From Octopus sinensis (taxonomy: Eukaryota), in NCBI RefSeq assembly GCF_006345805.1, contig NC_043002.1:93806001-93870000 (forward strand): a DNA stretch of 64,000 nt, given 5' to 3'. A program made the translations under genes and the position numbers. The notes below the pieces were generated by a model. The model saw nothing but the letters and a program-made list of their open reading frames with translations. It was not told the DNA's origin and did no database searches. This document shows, piece by piece, positions 62,757 to 64,000 of the stretch (the first letter of the stretch is position 1; every line of letters begins with the position of its first letter).

Positions 62757-63189
62757 CATATTTCTCCAATACACAAAATATCTAAACAGCTTTACGTCTA
62801 CGAAAGGGGGAAAAAATAAATACAGGGTGATTATGACTGGATTGTTTTTGAATATAGTTCTGCTGGTTGAGAGCTGACCTAGGGTTGAACAACGACGACA
62901 ACGAGATAGTGAAGAATGGGCGTGTTTCGAGAAAGAATTTAGTGATTCATCAAAGATGTCGTGGAGGTGGAGCTGGAGCTGGTGGGGGAGGTGGTGGTGG
63001 TGGTGGTGGTGTGGTGGTGGTGGTGGTGGTGGTGGTGGTAGTGATGGTGGTTGGTAAGCACGAAGTAACGCAGAGGTGGGTGGATGTATTTATATACGCA
63101 TATGTGTTTATATTTTTATACATATCTGTTTATGTATACGCGTGTGGGTTTACGTTTGTATGTGTGTTTATATATCTGCGTGTTTAGGT

Positions 63190-63216
63190 GTGTGTATATA
63201 TAATATATATGCATAC

Positions 63217-63261
<45 letters not shown>

Positions 63262-63378
63262 GTGTGTGTGTGTGTATGTATATATACTTATATATGCTTA
63301 TATGTATATGTATATATATACATATATATATGTATTTGTATATATATGCATACCTACATATATATACATACATACAAC

Positions 63379-63421
<43 letters not shown>

Positions 63422-63434
63422 CTGTATATATATA

Positions 63435-63475
<41 letters not shown>

Positions 63476-63515
63476 GTGTGTTTATGTGTGTATGTGTGTG
63501 TGTATATATATATAC
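63190..63515. repeat. compound (TA)n/(GT)n microsatellite
   Basis: Visible dinucleotide runs. Confidence 0.9.
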
Positions 63516-64000
63516 AAACTGTTTCAGAAATAGTATGAAGTGGTAAATATTTTAAACATTACTGCAATGAAAATCGTGCTGCACGTGTAATGGATAAAGT
63601 AAATAAAACGGTTTATACAAGAGGTTTTCTGTGTAATTCAGCAACACAACCAGATTTAAGATAAATGGCGATGAACAAAAAGAGGAAATAAAATAGAGAC
63701 AGATGTTATTTTGGGAAATATAAGTAAAATTTTGCGATGAAAAATACAAAGGTGTTAGTAGAGGAGAGATAAAACCGAAATGTATAGTATTTTTAATGGT
63801 GCTAGAAGAGAAAGTAGGAAGAAGGCGACAAAGGGGCGAATGGGAGTGTGGAAGGAGAGTGGGGACAATGTGCGTGTGTGTGGTTTTGATATCGGGTTTG
63901 CAACATTCTTGATATGAACTTGTGTGTTGAAACGCATTTTATTGTGTCTCGAGGTCATTGTACCAATGAACACACGCACTGGTCCTGTTTCATTTCTTTT

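Overview
AT-rich, repeat-dominated animal genomic DNA. The SINE families and microsatellite density suggest an octopus or other coleoid cephalopod (inference). Almost all ORFs in the track are microsatellite or transposon artefacts. The only well-supported host coding sequence is the first coding exon of a PMP22/EMP/claudin-superfamily gene (35278-35488, +). The rest is tRNA-derived SINEs (many with intact TSDs), decayed LINEs (CR1-, L1/Tx1-, R4/Dong- and RTE-like), DNA transposon relics and MITEs (mariner, maT DD37D, Chapaev3-like, hAT, Tigger-like), non-autonomous Helitrons and microsatellites. The most notable object is a ~349-bp tandem array at 4956-5975, inserted into (TA)n with an inverted 5' segment. 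Its units are delimited by a type I hammerhead ribozyme, intact at 5713-5772 with a palindromic stem III. This is the architecture of a non-LTR retrozyme predicted to yield ~349-nt self-cleaved, possibly circular, RNAs. A diverged, catalytically decayed relative lies at ~15460-15720. Coordinates were read by eye and may be off by a few bases; family names are from motif recognition, not database searches.
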